Notes: generated by a model from the letters alone, not told the origin. Shown: positions 12,170-25,879, numbered from the whole stretch's first letter. The stretch is DNA of 63,112 nt, filler included, from Lenisia limosa (GCA_001655205.1; 10 parts of 10 records of this genome joined end to end with filler, not necessarily neighbours in it), one strand, 5' to 3'. Translations and numbers: made by a program.

Positions 12170-15100
12170 ACGCTATGTCGAATATTGACGTTTGGGAAAG
12201 GTAGTGAAATGATGAGTACATCAGAGTATCATTGAGACTTGGCGGTCAGTCATCACACGAGTGGATATGAGCTATCTTATCACTGTGTGGAAAATAAAAG
12301 TTGTCATGTGTGGAAATGAACAAAAAAGTGAATACAAGTGCAAGAGAAAGGGTCACGTTATCAAACCTAGAGGTTTCATCATCCTCAGATTTGGCCATTC
12401 TCGATGCCACCTCAACAAGACCCTGATGCACAAGTTCTGATTTTAGGCCGGCTACGCAAAATAAAATCAGAAATAAAATCAAGGTATTTTTAGTGCAAGA
12501 CAACAAGCAGAGATGCAGTATTGTTAATCACTTTCTAATAGCCCAGGTACCGTCGGCATTACTCAGGTTGGCAAGTGTGGCGGCGACTGAGCGTTGTACC
12601 TCCACATCATCAACCTGGTGGTCATAAAAACGGCTGCTCAAGTTTTGAAAAAAGAAGGGTTACAGGAAAACCTCGGAATTGTCTAAAAATGCATTTGAGT
12701 GATAGAAGCTGAATTCCTACTTCTGAAAGAGAAAACAAGACGGGTAGAGCGCCACCATGTACGATGTCCACCTGCGCAGCGTTAGTCCGATTTTTTTCTT
12801 CGAAAAAGAAGCAGAAAACAACTTACCTTGTTCTCCCTATTGAGGCCCAAGATTGCAAGAGCTCTCGCGGCTTGGATCTAAAGGAACTGTCAGTACCAAC
12901 AAGAACGAGATGAAATGACGTTGGCAATAGTGATACTCAATCATCCTAGGTGTCATTTCACAAACTTCGCAGCCCCCCCCCCACCTCAACTTGAANNNNN
13001 NNNNNNNNNNNNNNNNNNNNNNNNNNNNNNNNNNNNNNNNNNNNNNNNNNNNNNNNNNNNNNNAACATCAGTGAGCCCTCCGTCTCGGATAATCTAAAGT
13101 GGTCACGGAGGTCCGGTACCACCCTAATCTCCCCAACATACCTGTCGAGACCAATTGTCACTAAAAGCAGCAAAGCCAACAGCAGACATTGCATATTTCC
13201 TAATATGGTCATACAGAACAGAATCTGCCGTAACAATAATGTTAAAGGGTAAACAACTTTGCCGCTCATGCCAACCTGGTTTCAGAATCAGTTGACTTCA
13301 TGAGGATTGACAAGACAGACAGCCCGCCAGAAGAAGAGAATTCTTCTCTCGAAGAGGCTACAGAATGAGACATTTAGTCCCAAAAATTGGTTCCAAAAAG
13401 ATGAAATCTTCTCGTATATCTTTTTATATTCCACTTTCCCCCCCATTTTTTTTTGTTTTTTATCAGCCTTGTTACAACCACAGCACACCATGCATTGTAA
13501 GGTTGACAGAAATGGCGGCGGCGGCGCGCTGGGTTTCAAAAGAGACCGATCCGGCGGCCGTCTGAGTGTTAACAAGTAACTATCACGAAATACCAATTCA
13601 GGCTGTCATAATCACAGTAGTGTCACAATCCAGGCATTACCAGTAGTGATGGCATCATGCCAGCGAGGAAAGAGGCCTTATGGTGAGTGGCTAAATTGTT
13701 ACTTACATCATCAATTGGTAAGACCATCCCCCCCCCCCCCNNNNNNNNNNNNNNNNNNNNNNNNNNNNNNNNNNNNNNNNNNNNNNNNNNNNNNNNNNNN
13801 NNNNNNNNNNNNNNNNNNNNNNNACTTCCTCCAGATTCAACCACCAATGTCCGTTCTACGTGGTGTCAGCAACAAAGTTCAAGATACTCAAAAAAAAAAA
13901 AGACACATCGATATCATAGTGTTATATTTGCAGGTCATTTCAACCCACCGGGGTCATCAGCAGCCAATTCTGCTAGGGCCTCAAGAACAATAGCTCGGAT
14001 CTCGAGGTTACCTGACTGCGAAGGAGTGTAAATGACAATTTGCAAACAAAAAACAACATTTAAGGCAGACGGAAAGGACTGGAAAAACAAACAAGGCCTA
14101 CCACCAGTACTATGGAAGGAAACATGCCAGAACAAAAATATATTTTTAAAAAAACACTATTGCTTTCATAAACCTCTATAACAGATCTTAATAGGGTTAT
14201 CATTCGACTTTCCTACAATATCCCCCCACATAAGCAGCATTGATTAGCGGCCGTATACCACCCTCCGATACTAAAGCTGCTCGACGATCATCTGTATTGT
14301 CAAATACAGTGTTTGATAGAGTGCACAATGTAGTATAGAAGGGATTTACCTTGCTCAGTTGCCTCAAGAAGGAATCTTGCTGCTTTTCTCTGTAAAGTTA
14401 CAAACAGAAACTCAAGATGCGCAATGTCACTGATGACGCACCTGTTCGGAAAGGGACGCGTTATCGGTAAGAGCTGCGAAGGCCCGTTGAAAACGTGAGT
14501 CTGACACTAAAAGCGGCTCCACTAAAGCTGGAGGGGATGGGTAAAGATATCTACTTGCTAAACATCCAATACACACAAGGTGATTCTACGCATCAATTAT
14601 TCAAAAGTCCCATCCTACTTCCTGCCTGAAATCTGAGATTTACAATGAGCTTTTGTCGAGTGATAAGACGAAGAACCTGGTACATCAGTGGTAGCAATCT
14701 TCACAAAAATACTACAGAGCAGCTTAACACAATTTCATTTTAGCGAACCCAACTCACTAAAACACAAATGAGCATGAGAGTTGAGCAAAATGCCCAAATG
14801 AGACTTGGTCGCTGATCACAGAAATCCATCCAGGGTCCAATGTCACACGTCTGTCATGTCAATAAGATCAGTGGTTATCACAGCATTTCTCGCATAGAAT
14901 CGCCTTTTACATGATCCAGAACTTGTAAGTGCTTCCATCCACAAACCGCAATCAGAGCGGCAAATCCAACACAGATCAGTCCGATTGCAATCAGGACAGC
15001 GAGAGTTACAACACCAAGGTCCTAAGCACGTTATAAAACACCAACAAGGGGGGGACATACTATCAGAAGAACTCGAAGTTGCTCATGTGTCCGTCTTTTC

Positions 15101-15450
15101 CCCGAAGTATTTGGCTGCGCCCAACTGAGGAAGTGAGTGAATATCGGAAAGTGAGCCATGATGGAGACTCATATCGTACAATTAAGTAGTTTGAAATGGA
15201 TACTTCTCAAAATACCAAGCGGACAGCAGGCCCACTTACTATCCAAACCACGCGAAAACAAGAAACAGAATTCCCATTGGGAAACTGAGCGGTGTTGGTC
15301 CAAGCATCAACAGGAAGGAAATAACCTGAGTTGTGAACTAAAATTTCTCGCCCGAAAAAGATTGCTGTAGGTCCCGTCATACGGCATGCAAGAAGACAAG
15401 GAGCAGAGACGTCTTCACCAGCTTTGGCCGCTGACTGAGATACTCCTGTT
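12170..15450 (-). CDS. Armadillo-repeat protein with upstream hydrophobic (predicted transmembrane) exons
   Basis: ARM-like exons: VDDVEVQRSVAATLANLSNAD, VDIVHGGALPVLFSLSE, IQAARALAILGLNRENK, GNLEIRAIVLEALAELAADDP, GLKSELVHQGLVEVASRMAKSEDDETS. Hydrophobic exons: DLGVVTLAVLIAIGLICVGFAALIA (~14945-15020) and DQRPSLIWAFCSTLMLICVL. Ends are approximate. Confidence 0.65.
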
Positions 15451-15629
15451 CCTCTGACACCTGAGAACGGGTCAATACCTTTAAACCCGGGGCCACAATA
15501 ATCCAAACCCCTTACTCTGAACCAGATTTCTTCGGATGCCTGTAGTCCCTCCAAACTCGTGTCAGAGTCAACAACAAACCTAAAGACTCAGTAACGTGGG
15601 TAAATCCAAACCTGATATGCCTTTTAACC

Positions 15630-15718
15630 CATTGAGCACCCACCATAACATATCTGAGCACCCGGCATAACACACTTGAGCACCCAGCATAACACCCTTG
15701 TAACACCCTTGAGCACCC
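15630..15718. repeat. Minisatellite, ~22-bp unit (TGAGCACCCnnCATAACA)
   Basis: About 4 degenerate units running into the scaffold end. Confidence 0.8.
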
Positions 15719-15818
15719 NNNNNNNNNNNNNNNNNNNNNNNNNNNNNNNNNNNNNNNNNNNNTTAATTAATTAANNNNNNNNNNNNNNNNNNNNNNNNNN
15801 NNNNNNNNNNNNNNNNNN

Positions 15819-16214
15819 CTTCACGGTACTTTAGGTCCTGCAGTCTTATTAGAAGGGAAGAGAGAAAGCCGGATCAGACGCCGCAATAGATGTCAGAAGC
15901 CACAATCAAGAGAGCATTCATTATACAGACAGTCAGAAACCCCGCTCACATGCATCTCCATTCGTCTCTGTTGTTCTTGATGTGTTGTATCCAACATGGT
16001 CTCCTTCTCCCACCACCTATTGTTACACTTCGTCGTATGGCCAAGATAGTAATCTCGCTCATTGGCTTTCCTCATCTCTTTGACCTACACGTTGATGAAA
16101 GGCATATAAAAGGATAGCGGAAGGAGGGAAGACAAGAAGTCCACAAACCGTGTTCCAGTTGAAGTGGTCACGACCACCTCTTGAACCGGGCCTAATCTCT
16201 TCCCTAAAGTCCAT
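15819..16214 (-). CDS. MMTAG2/C1orf35-like protein N-terminus (3' truncated by scaffold end)
   Basis: MDFREEIRPGSRGGRDHFNWNT|VKEMRKANERDYYLGHTTKCNNRWWEK matches the RGGxDQFxWxxVK...NYLGHS pattern of the MMTAG2 N-terminal domain. Confidence 0.75.
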
Positions 16215-16505
16215 ATTGAAAAAGAAAGAGCTGAGAAGAGGATGAAAGGATGAAAAGCAGAAAAAAAACAAAAAACAAACCAAAATCCGGCCGCGGCAGT
16301 ATTGTAATATATTGAGTATTATTTGAGCGATATTAACAACAGCAACTCCTCTCCTCGGAATTATATACATTAAAATAAGGATGGATTGACATTTTGGTTC
16401 TTGTACTTCGGATTTTCGGATTTCCAGTAATATAAGGAACCCCCTTCTACTGCCACCTTACCAATGTCACTACTTTTACATAAGTACATCTGGCTTAGCG
16501 AGCAG

Positions 16506-19500
16506 GATCTTCTCAAGCTTGCTATTACCGAGACTATCACTAACCCTCCGCCAATTTCCAATGATCATCCCGCTTTGAAAGAGTAAGGCAGAATAATATT
16601 GGTGTACCTTTGTTGGTTTAATTTAAGTTTAAATACCATTTTTGGCAGCCTGTAGTTCGGACCACAACAGTTTGGTCTTGTGACCTCTTAGATATGACGT
16701 GTCAGAAATGGCCTCGAAGCTCCACCCTCTTGATTATGAGGTTGATCATGAAGGCAATACTGCGGCAATGTTGGCGATTAAGGTTTGAAATTGGTACAGG
16801 TCACTGAACACATGGGTTTGCTTGCGTAATCGTAGGTACAACTATTATTTTTCAAATATCTTCTTGTGGACACATATAAAATTGAGTGTGCCTTGAGTTA
16901 TTGACACATCAGGTCAACAATGCCGTGGCCCTGAAGCAGCTACTCCAGGCTGGGGCGTCCACGCTCATGTTTGACAAAAAAGGCTGGTCAGTCCTAGATG
17001 AAGCCGTCATATCCGGTGCGGGTCGTTATCTATTTGAGTGTTTCTGTCTACTTAATTGATATTATCTGATATCACTTAGGTCAGTACCCGCTTGCGGCCA
17101 CAGCTTATTTATATTCCAAAAATGAGATGTCTGAAGTCTACAATAAAAAGTTGCCAAAAATGCTTGATGCTCTTGAGAACGTAAGTGGGGAAGATCGAAT
17201 GATAATTTCTGCCAATAATCAGTAGAAGTGATTTGGCTATTTTTCTTTGATTATCATGGAAGATTACCTTAAGGTAACCTAATCACACTTTTTTTTTTCA
17301 TGGGGTGATTGGGTCAGGTCAAAAAACTTAAATGATATCTAGTAGATATTATATGTACTGTGTTTTTATTCAGTTTTGTAATAAAAATATATATTTATGA
17401 GATATCGATCATATATATAGTATATATTGCCCTTACAAAGCGGCGAATCCAGTATTTTATGACTGATCCATTTTAGCAAGAGGACTTCTATATGGAGCTT
17501 GACTGGAAGTTCAAAAGTTGGGTGCCTTTTGTTTCACGGCTCTGTCCCTCGGACACCTACAAAATTCATTGCAGAGGCGTAGGAAGGGTTCACTGAACCA
17601 CAACTGAGATTTTATTATTATTTTAGTCCTCACTTCGCATCGATACCACTCTTGTTGACTACGATAATCGAACGTGGATTAGAGGCAATGTTTCCTACTA
17701 TCTGATTGGGAGAAACTGTGGACGTGAGTATTGGATATCATATGATATATTTTTCCTTCATTATTTCACAATTTAGCCCTTTCCAATCGAGTCATTATCG
17801 TTGATCATGATGAAAAGATTTATATAGACCTTGTTAGTGGGAGTGTTTTTTTTTATCTGTAGCATTTCCATGTATTATATATTATTTTATTAGCGAATAG
17901 TAGCATAATGCATACTGTACTAGATGAGATATTCAGTAGCCGAGTTTGGCGTTGACCGCGTATTTTGGACTGATCTGGGATCGGGGCAGTGTTTAAACTC
18001 GTGTGGATCTAACAGAAGAGAAGCAGCTACTTACTTCACTGTAGACAGAGCAGATGATAGAGGTCGGAGAAATCTCAGCTGAAGAGTTTCAGGACCAGGT
18101 TAGTCATGGTGCTGATATGTATTGTATGACCCTCCCAGATTATGGTACTGATGTCACATGAGGCTGTTGATGCAAGTATATCCACAGAACAAATGGTGAG
18201 CCCTTTTTGCTCCTATTCTCGAAGTAGCTAGTTATCTCAATTTCCCTCATGTACCTCTTCTTTCTCTAGTTTTCTCCCTTTTCCTTCTTTATATTACTTG
18301 ATGAATATTTCGTTTGTTATTGTCATCAATAATAGATTTTACACCCAGGTTTTTCAAGAGGCTCGAGGATGGTTCTCTGGAGTGCGCCAAGAAGAAATCA
18401 GCGGGTATCCAACAACTGTAGGGTTTATTCATTTTTCCTTTGACATCACCATTTCTTTGGCATATTATTAACGGATAGGTGTACTCTGTGAAGAACTGCG
18501 GTATGACGACACATGTCCGTTACGGCCCACGAACGCATGTAAGCAAGAGCGTTGGCATTCAAAAATAAGAACTGGTTGAGAACTGTCTTGATTGTCTTCG
18601 AAGAATGTCTCCGCANNNNNNNNNNNNNNNNNNNNNNNNNNNNNNNNNNNNNNNNNNNNNNNNNNNNNNNNNNNNNNNNNNNNNNNNNNNNNNNNNNNNN
18701 NNNNNNNNNNNNNNNNNNNNNNNNNNNNNNNNNNNNNNNNNNCCAAAAGAAGATTCTTAAAAATTGTCCAGACTTCCCAAACCATTTAACAAAGAGTTTT
18801 GAAGAACATTTCAATGAAGAGTAAGACATTTTCATGGATGCTTCTTCACAATTTAATGCGACATTTCTATATCTTACTATCATCAGAAATGAAATCAATG
18901 ACAGCGGGAATGTAGAACACAGTAAGTGGTGTTTGTTCGCTTGTCCTTACAATTGAATTATTTTTTCTATTCGCTGGAGTAAACAATTCGCTTTAGTATC
19001 AAATATTTTCACCCCATTTTATTCTGGTTGTCAGCAGTTATAAGACCAGCATTTACAAGTAACCCAGACACGTACCCGAACCCCTATGTTGAGACTATGG
19101 AGAAGTCAGCCACTCCAGAAGTCTGGGTTTCCACCGAGTACCCGCTCTCCATCTCCGATGTTCTGCCAATTATTGAGGTATGAATATTGTCCCCTTTGAG
19201 ATCCATAACCGCTCAGGTAATGGCACCAACTAACAAGCATTTTTCTCATTTACGGACTTTCCTCCTTTGTAGTTTCCCCAATGAAGGTTTCCCAGTCAAA
19301 ATAAGTGAGTTTATATGTTCTTCTCTGCTTGTATCATAAGTGAGTTTTAGAAGTCGGTGCAATTAATTTTTTGAATTAAATTTTTTAATTGTAATTATTT
19401 ATTTTTTGGAGAAATTAATTTAAAATTATTTCATAATTAATTCGAAATTAAATTTAAATTAATTCATAAATAATTAATCAACAATATTGTTGTTATTTGT

Positions 19501-20217
19501 TAACTTTCATAATTAATTCATTCATTTTGTTCCATCTTTTGTCCCCTCTTTCATTTTGAACAGGCAATAAAAAAATCTAGTCAAGAAAAAAAAAGCACTT
19601 TTGAAAAAAAAAACACTCGGAAACCTCAATGTTCTGGAAGTTTCTGGAATTTATTATATTTGTTCTGGAACAATCCAAAAGAACTTTGTTCCTGATATTT
19701 TTTTGGAAAGTAGTAATTGACATAATTAATTCGTAATTAATTTCGAGAAATTATTGGTCCAAAAAAAAAATAATTGAAATAAATTTTTTAGAATTGTGAA
19801 ATAATATAATTTCAAATTAATTTCAAAAAATTAATTGCACCTACTTCTAGTTTATTTGATATGTTCTTTTCTTCTTGTATCATAAGTGAGTTTATATCAT
19901 TTGTTCTTCTTTGCTTTTATCATCCCCTTTAACCTGCAGACATCCCCGTAGCCCCTACGGTTCATGGCGAGGCCACTTTTTCGGTGTTTGAACGCCAGCA
20001 AGTTGATGAGAATTTGTTCCATATTCCCGAAAACTACACCAAAATAAAAGTCGGGGGGGGGGGGNNNNNNNNNNNNNNNNNNNNNNNNNNNNNNNNNNNN
20101 NNNNNNNNNNNNNNNNNNNNNNNNNNNNNNNNNNNNNNNNNNNNNNNNNNNNNGGATATGGACTATCGCCAAAAAATGAAGGAAGACAAAGAAAACGCTG
20201 AATCTGAAGGTCTCTGA
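16506..20217 (+). CDS. ANKRD13: ANKRD13-family ankyrin-repeat / GPCR-chaperone-domain protein
   Basis: Ankyrin exons ([13 protein letters not shown]|[16 protein letters not shown]...[10 protein letters not shown]) are followed by [32 protein letters not shown]|[12 protein letters not shown], the diagnostic ANKRD13 segment. The stop is at 20215-20217 and the start is uncertain. Confidence 0.88.
19348..19849. mobile_element. MITE family 2, ~500-bp AT-rich foldback in an ANKRD13 intron
   Basis: The left end TAGAAGTCGGTGCAATTAATTTTTTGAA is near-complementary to the right end TTCAAAAAATTAATTGCACCTACTTCTA, with long imperfect AT-rich subterminal inverted arms. Flanks GTGAGTTT/GTTTATTT match only 5/8. 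Confidence 0.8.
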
Positions 20218-20330
20218 TCACCCCACCTCTGCTATCCGCATTATAGGAGGTGTAGCCTCTTAATACAGTTTATTATTATTTTGAGATACAATGTTTCCCT
20301 GTTTCCAAGAACAAAATTAAATTCAGTAGA

Positions 20331-23300
20331 TTAATACTCCTCCTCAAACTCCCCAATGAAGTTCTTATAATAGCCATTCTCCTTGATCAAATCGTCGTGT
20401 GTGCCACTCTCCACCTTGGAATATCACGATTAGAATATTGGTGAAAGATAAACGACCATCACAATTCCCTCACTTTGCACCCACCACAATTCCCTGGTTC
20501 ATAGCAAGTACTTTGTCAGCGGTTCTCACGAAGTTATCAATGAAGTGTGTCACAACAATCATGGTTCGATCTGTTCAAAAGTGAGGGGGATTTTGACTGA
20601 GCTGTCAAGATGAATGCTGCTCAGATAGTATGATATGATGTACTTACCCCCATCATCTTGCCAAACATGTGATGATTGCAGAGCTCTTTTGATGATCAAA
20701 TTATATCAATGAAGAATATTAGCGATCAAAGAAAGGCAGCCCAACTTACCACTGAACAGCTCAAGAAGTCTCTTTCCGATCTTATCGCGGGTCTTTGGCT
20801 CAAGCCCTTGACGGAACTCATCAAGAATAATAACCTGGGGGTGATATGAGGCGACCAGAACAACACTTGACACACACTTCAGGAAATATCATATTAAAAA
20901 AAATATTATATAGTATATCATATATGACATTATTAAATGTAGATATCGATATGTATATAGATATGGAGAAGAAGAGGCATGATTGTATGTACCTTCGGGT
21001 CTTGAAGCACCAGTCGTGCCAATAATAGCCTCTGACGCTGTCCACCTTAACAAGTAGGTGAAGCACTTATTTTGCCAGTAATATTTGCCAATAGAATGGA
21101 GAATGAAATGCGGTGTCGATGCTCACCTGAAAGACGGGTGCCGTCTTTTCCAATAAGTGTATCAAGCCCGTTGGGAAGAGCAAAAACAAATTCACAGAAA
21201 GCGGACTGAAGAGCCTCATCTACTTCTTCCTTAAATGGTGAGTTTATCTGCTCTTTGAACAAATTACTCCATGTGATTAAGTGAGGCTTTAAGACCATAG
21301 CCTAACCAGAATATTGATGAAAGAATGAAAACTTACAGCAGTAGCATTAGGCTTTGCCAGCACCACATTGTCTCTGATTGATGCGTTGAGAATGAAACCG
21401 TTTTGGGCAAGAACACCAACTGTGTTTCCTAATACGGAACCTGAAACATCAATAAATCTGGGCTCTCTGAATTCAAGTCCATTTACCCCACTGTCATACG
21501 ACCGAACAGGGCGGCCGTCTAATAAGACGCTTCCTACAGCAGTGACAACAATCCAAAGACAATGACAATAGTTTGTCAAAAGTTACTATGTCAAATGTGT
21601 TTTCGTGGAAAAAAGTACAGTGCCTTCCTCCACCCACCTTTTTGTTGAGGCAAAAGGCCGGACAGGATAAGTGCAGCTGTGGACTTTCCTGAACCATTTG
21701 GGCCTACAAGGGCTATTCTTTGCCCAGGACTGGCCGTGACTGTCAGGTCTGTAGGGTAATAAAAGCCAAGCCAAAAGAACAAAGCGTTGTGGAACACGCC
21801 CCATACACACTCTCTATACTAAAGCCAGGTTCATTCGTTTCGCTATCTGCAGGGTAACTGAAGCAGGCGTTCTCAGCGCTCATCTCTCCGAAGACGTTTG
21901 TGACTGTTGTTAAGTCTGAAATATTAAAGATTTACAACATGTCAACAAAAAATAAAAGAGAAAAATCCATCAGAGATTTTTGGAATATTATAGTAATTAT
22001 AGCAGCTGACCTTTTTCCTCAGGAATGGGGTGTTCGTCCATGTAGGAAAAAAGGTGAGAGAAAGATACTGACGCCTGGAATTGGTTATGGATAATAACGA
22101 AAGAAAAATATTGTTTCATGTATGACATGGTACCTGTAAGAAGTCAACTTGGATGTTGCTGATGTTGGCCAATTGTCCAAAGATCTTCTGGACAAGCTGT
22201 GTTAGTGCCACCACGCGGCCGGAGCTGATAGTGGGCGGAACTGAACGGTGAACAATTCGTGCAAAATGATCCCTAAAGTAACAAGCAGTGAGTCCCAAAT
22301 TAAAATATAATAAGGACACGGGCGAGTCTCCACCCTCATACAAACGAGAATAGATCCACCACCCATGATGACAGAGGAGCCAACAGAAACAGCAAGTGCG
22401 AGGACTGCAGTCAAGAAATACTCTGACATTGTCTCGTTAACGCCTAAATGTAATATAAGAGAGAAACAAAAGCAAACCAGCTCTTTGGACTTGGTTAGAG
22501 ATTTTAGTGAATTCTCCGATGGCTTTGGCTTCGCGACGAAGACCTCGTGTTGCGAGAGCACCTAATGAAATGAGATAGTCTTCACTGTTGTGATGCTATT
22601 GGGGTTTTACTTCAGTATGGAAAACAATTTAGTTAACAGGTTTTTTTCAATATCTGGATGGAAGGCAAGGTGGTGGCAAACCGTTTGGAGTGAGGGCCTC
22701 ATTGAGGTAGTCTACCATTGCGTGCTGTTCGCGGAGAGCCTCTCGCCGCTGGGCTAAAGCCATTAATGGGCCATACATAATGAGAATAAATGGCGTACTA
22801 AAACAATTAAAAATTATATCTTTCTCATTGGACAAAAACACTCCATCCCACTTCTCAGTCGTGATCCAACCAGAGCAGAGGGAATGTATAGGACCGGAAA
22901 CGCGCAAAGAGCTACGAGAGCAAGCTTCGGGAAAAGGTTGTAGAGACTCCCTGGTCGTAAGTACGTGTTGAACTAACATCAAAATTTCTAACACAAAAGA
23001 GGTAAGACGGAAACACCCCCAACAGAACGCGAACCCGACTCTAAACAGAGACAGAATAACTCTAGGGGCTGTCACACTGAAGGTGGCCTGGGCAGTCACA
23101 CCACAAAGAGATTGTGCAAATGGCAAAAGTATGGATGAGCAATTAGCCAACCTGTGCCCTCCGTAGATCTGAGTGGAACAAACTCAGAAACTTTCCCTAA
23201 ATCCGTTACACAGAAGATGAAATAATGGGTTAATATTCCTCGATAGTGTGTATGTCAATTCTCACCAAACCCACTGAGTGTGCATGGGTGAAGAAGTTCA

Positions 23301-24040
23301 GCGGGATAAACTGAAGATGATGGAAGAGGGATCCGCGGATATCATGAGACACATCTAAAGGTCAGTTTTGACACCCAAGTCAGCCACCCACTTTCCCCAA
23401 TGTATGTTACAAGCCAGCCTTCAAGGACGCCACCCGTAATCGACAGTAGCATGATAAAGAACAGTTCTCCCTGGGAGTCAGAGCATTCAGGTACTACAAA
23501 TTGGTATTTACTTTCACATTCTCATAATATTCATCACCCCCCCCCCACCGCCTTGCTCAACATAAGGTCAACGTTGTTGGTTGGAAGNNNNNNNNNNNNN
23601 NNNNNNNNNNNNNNNNNNNNNNNNNNNNNNNNNNNCAGCATTTCACGGTAGATGGAAGGCAGCCGGATATCTGCCCATGCCACCACAGCCATGGTGATGA
23701 TTGACTGGTGGGAAACAGTGTCATATTTTTGTCGAATATTTGAATTTATTTCCCCCTAATTTCTCAATATCAATGCATGAATGAACTTTCAAAACTGTTA
23801 CAATTGATGAATATTGATCATATCTGTGTTTACAAAGCCCAACATACAAGGATAACATGAGCCCAACATACGGATAACATGAGCCCAGCATACAAGGATA
23901 ACATGAGCCCAATACGGCTTCAAATAAGCGACTACTCTCCTAAATGATCAATAAATGCCAAGAAGACTCCGAAAAATAATGCACACTACCCACTTGAAGA
24001 AGCCAAAGCTGACTTTTGTACCTGTATCTGATTGAGGGAA
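20331..24040 (-). CDS. ABC transporter, ABCB-type half transporter (TMD + NBD)
   Basis: Walker A GPNGSGKST (~21670-21700), Q-loop VLAQNGFILNASIRDN, signature region GLDTLIGKDGTRLSG, TMD exon DIRGSLFHHLQFIPLNFFTHAHS and C-terminal VESGTHDDLIKENGYY...EY* (stop 20331-20333). The 5' end is approximate. Confidence 0.9.
23837..23910. repeat. Minisatellite, ~23-bp unit (TGAGCCCAACATACAAGGATAACA)
   Basis: About 3.3 units inside an ABC-transporter intron. Confidence 0.85.
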
Positions 24041-24384
24041 CCATTGTTTAATAGTTTCGAACATTGTGAATTTGTAAATATATAAAAATATTTATTAATT
24101 AGGTTCATTCATTCCATCATTCCATCATCATATTATTGATCATCTCTTCTCTTTCAACAGTCAATTTCAGTTTTTGGTTGAATTTTCCCAAAAAAGTTCG
24201 GTCGCGTAACTTTTCAAAGTTCAAGGGTGCGTTTTGCTTTAAGTTTAAGTTTAGTTTAAGTAACTATATACGCGTAGCTGTATGTAACTATAGTTGATGA
24301 AGAAAAAAAGTGCAGATTAAGGGGTAAATACGTCAAGAACATGCAATAATCCAGTTTGAAGAAGTAACCGTTTGGCGCACTCTG

Positions 24385-25525
24385 ATGGGTACAGTACTCT
24401 TCTTTCTTTCTTCTGACTTTATTTAGCACCCTTTATCCAAAGAGCACTGTTTGCCTTCCACACATCAAAGGCAGGCTTCCTCTCCTTTGAAACAGGGGAC
24501 TTTATCAGGATCATTGACAAAAATGCTTCTGGGTGAGAGGTTGCTTCGTGTCACAGGATAGGATAATAAAGTGTTTTTATTCAATTCAATAACAAATACT
24601 AGCTTATAATTTTATAATTAACTATCAATATTGATTCTTGTTAAAACCGTTGGAAATTAGAAATCATATCATATGATATTCTTCGAGAATGCCTCTTCTT
24701 ATCTATTAACATGTTTTTCTTCGATTTAATCAAAAAGAATACCCAGAATGTTAGATAACACTTGACAGATGGTGGTACGGCCATGCTCTCGAAGACGACT
24801 TATCGCAGGGTGAGTCCGGCCTGGTTCCGTCCAACTACCTCGCCGACGTGGAACTACCGAAGTCTCCAGCACTATCTAGATCTTCGTCCCCATCCATGAG
24901 CTCTCATGGTTCTGTCAACTCCCTTCCTCGATCTAAGACGGGTGCCAGCAAGTCACAGATTAGGTTGTCACAAAGCATACCATCCAGTGCACTTAGCACC
25001 TCTCATCTCAGTGAACTTTCGCTCTCTCTTCTGGAAAATGAAACCCTGGAGCTTTTGGCAGAGCTTGACCCGTCTTTCCAGGTTCCATCCAACCAGAAAT
25101 TGGTAGGCCATACACTGCATTTGACACGATGAACAAGGGTTCTTTTTACCACAAAATAAGTTTAATAAGATCTACGTATGTATGTACGTTCTCGCATTGT
25201 TTTATCAACACGGAATACTTACACTCCCCCAGGTAAATTCAGGTTCCCTTGTATCGTCCAACAGAAGCCAGCTCGAAGCGGAGTATCAGAACCATGAACA
25301 ACTCCAGGAACCCTTCCAAGAACCAAAGGAAATCAAAAATCGCTCTGTTAGTCCTCATTTGAGACACTCACAGAAATCTCCACATGCTGTCTCATCACAA
25401 TCGATACCAAAATGTCCCAAGCGATCTCCAAGCCCTGAGCTTCCTACTCCCCCGTCTTCACACTCCGTTCACAACAACAATACACGCCCTGCTCAAAATG
25501 ATTATGATGAGCATGGTGCACTGAG
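24385..25525 (+). CDS. SH3-domain protein with a Ser/Pro-rich region (3' truncated)
   Basis: Spliced RALFAFHTSKAGFLSFETGDFIRIIDKNASG|WWYGHALEDDLSQGESGLVPSNYL carries the canonical SH3 ALY/WW/PSNY motifs. Confidence 0.9.
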
Positions 25526-25666
25526 GTTAGTGGGATTATATTTGTTGCCAAGGCTGAATTTCGAAANNNNNNNNNNNNNNNNNNNNNNNNNNNNNNNNNN
25601 NNNNNNNNNNTTAATTAATTAANNNNNNNNNNNNNNNNNNNNNNNNNNNNNNNNNNNNNNNNNNNN

Positions 25667-25747
25667 ACGGTCCCCAAAAAAGACGGAATTTCTCAATAAA
25701 TTCTCGATAAATATTTACCAGTCTTTTTCGGACCGAGGTGAAGCCCT
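25667..25747. mobile_element. MITE family 1, copy cut by scaffold start
   Basis: ACGGTCCCCAAAAAAGAC...GTCTTTTTCGGACCGAGGTGAAGCCCTG. Confidence 0.75.
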
Positions 25748-25879
25748 GGTGGTGGGGGATCTTATCATATATACTTTTACTTTTTTTTTTTTTTAGAGAA
25801 ATAATATACTATAGCTATATATAGTATATGATTTACATAAGAATTCTGCGTGGGGGAAACAAAATACATACTCTGCGGT

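Noticed and set aside
17570-17590. Possible GC-AG intron in ANKRD13 (AG|GCGTAG)
   Set aside because: Phase matching with the next exon requires the GT donor two bases further on (GGC|GTAGGA).
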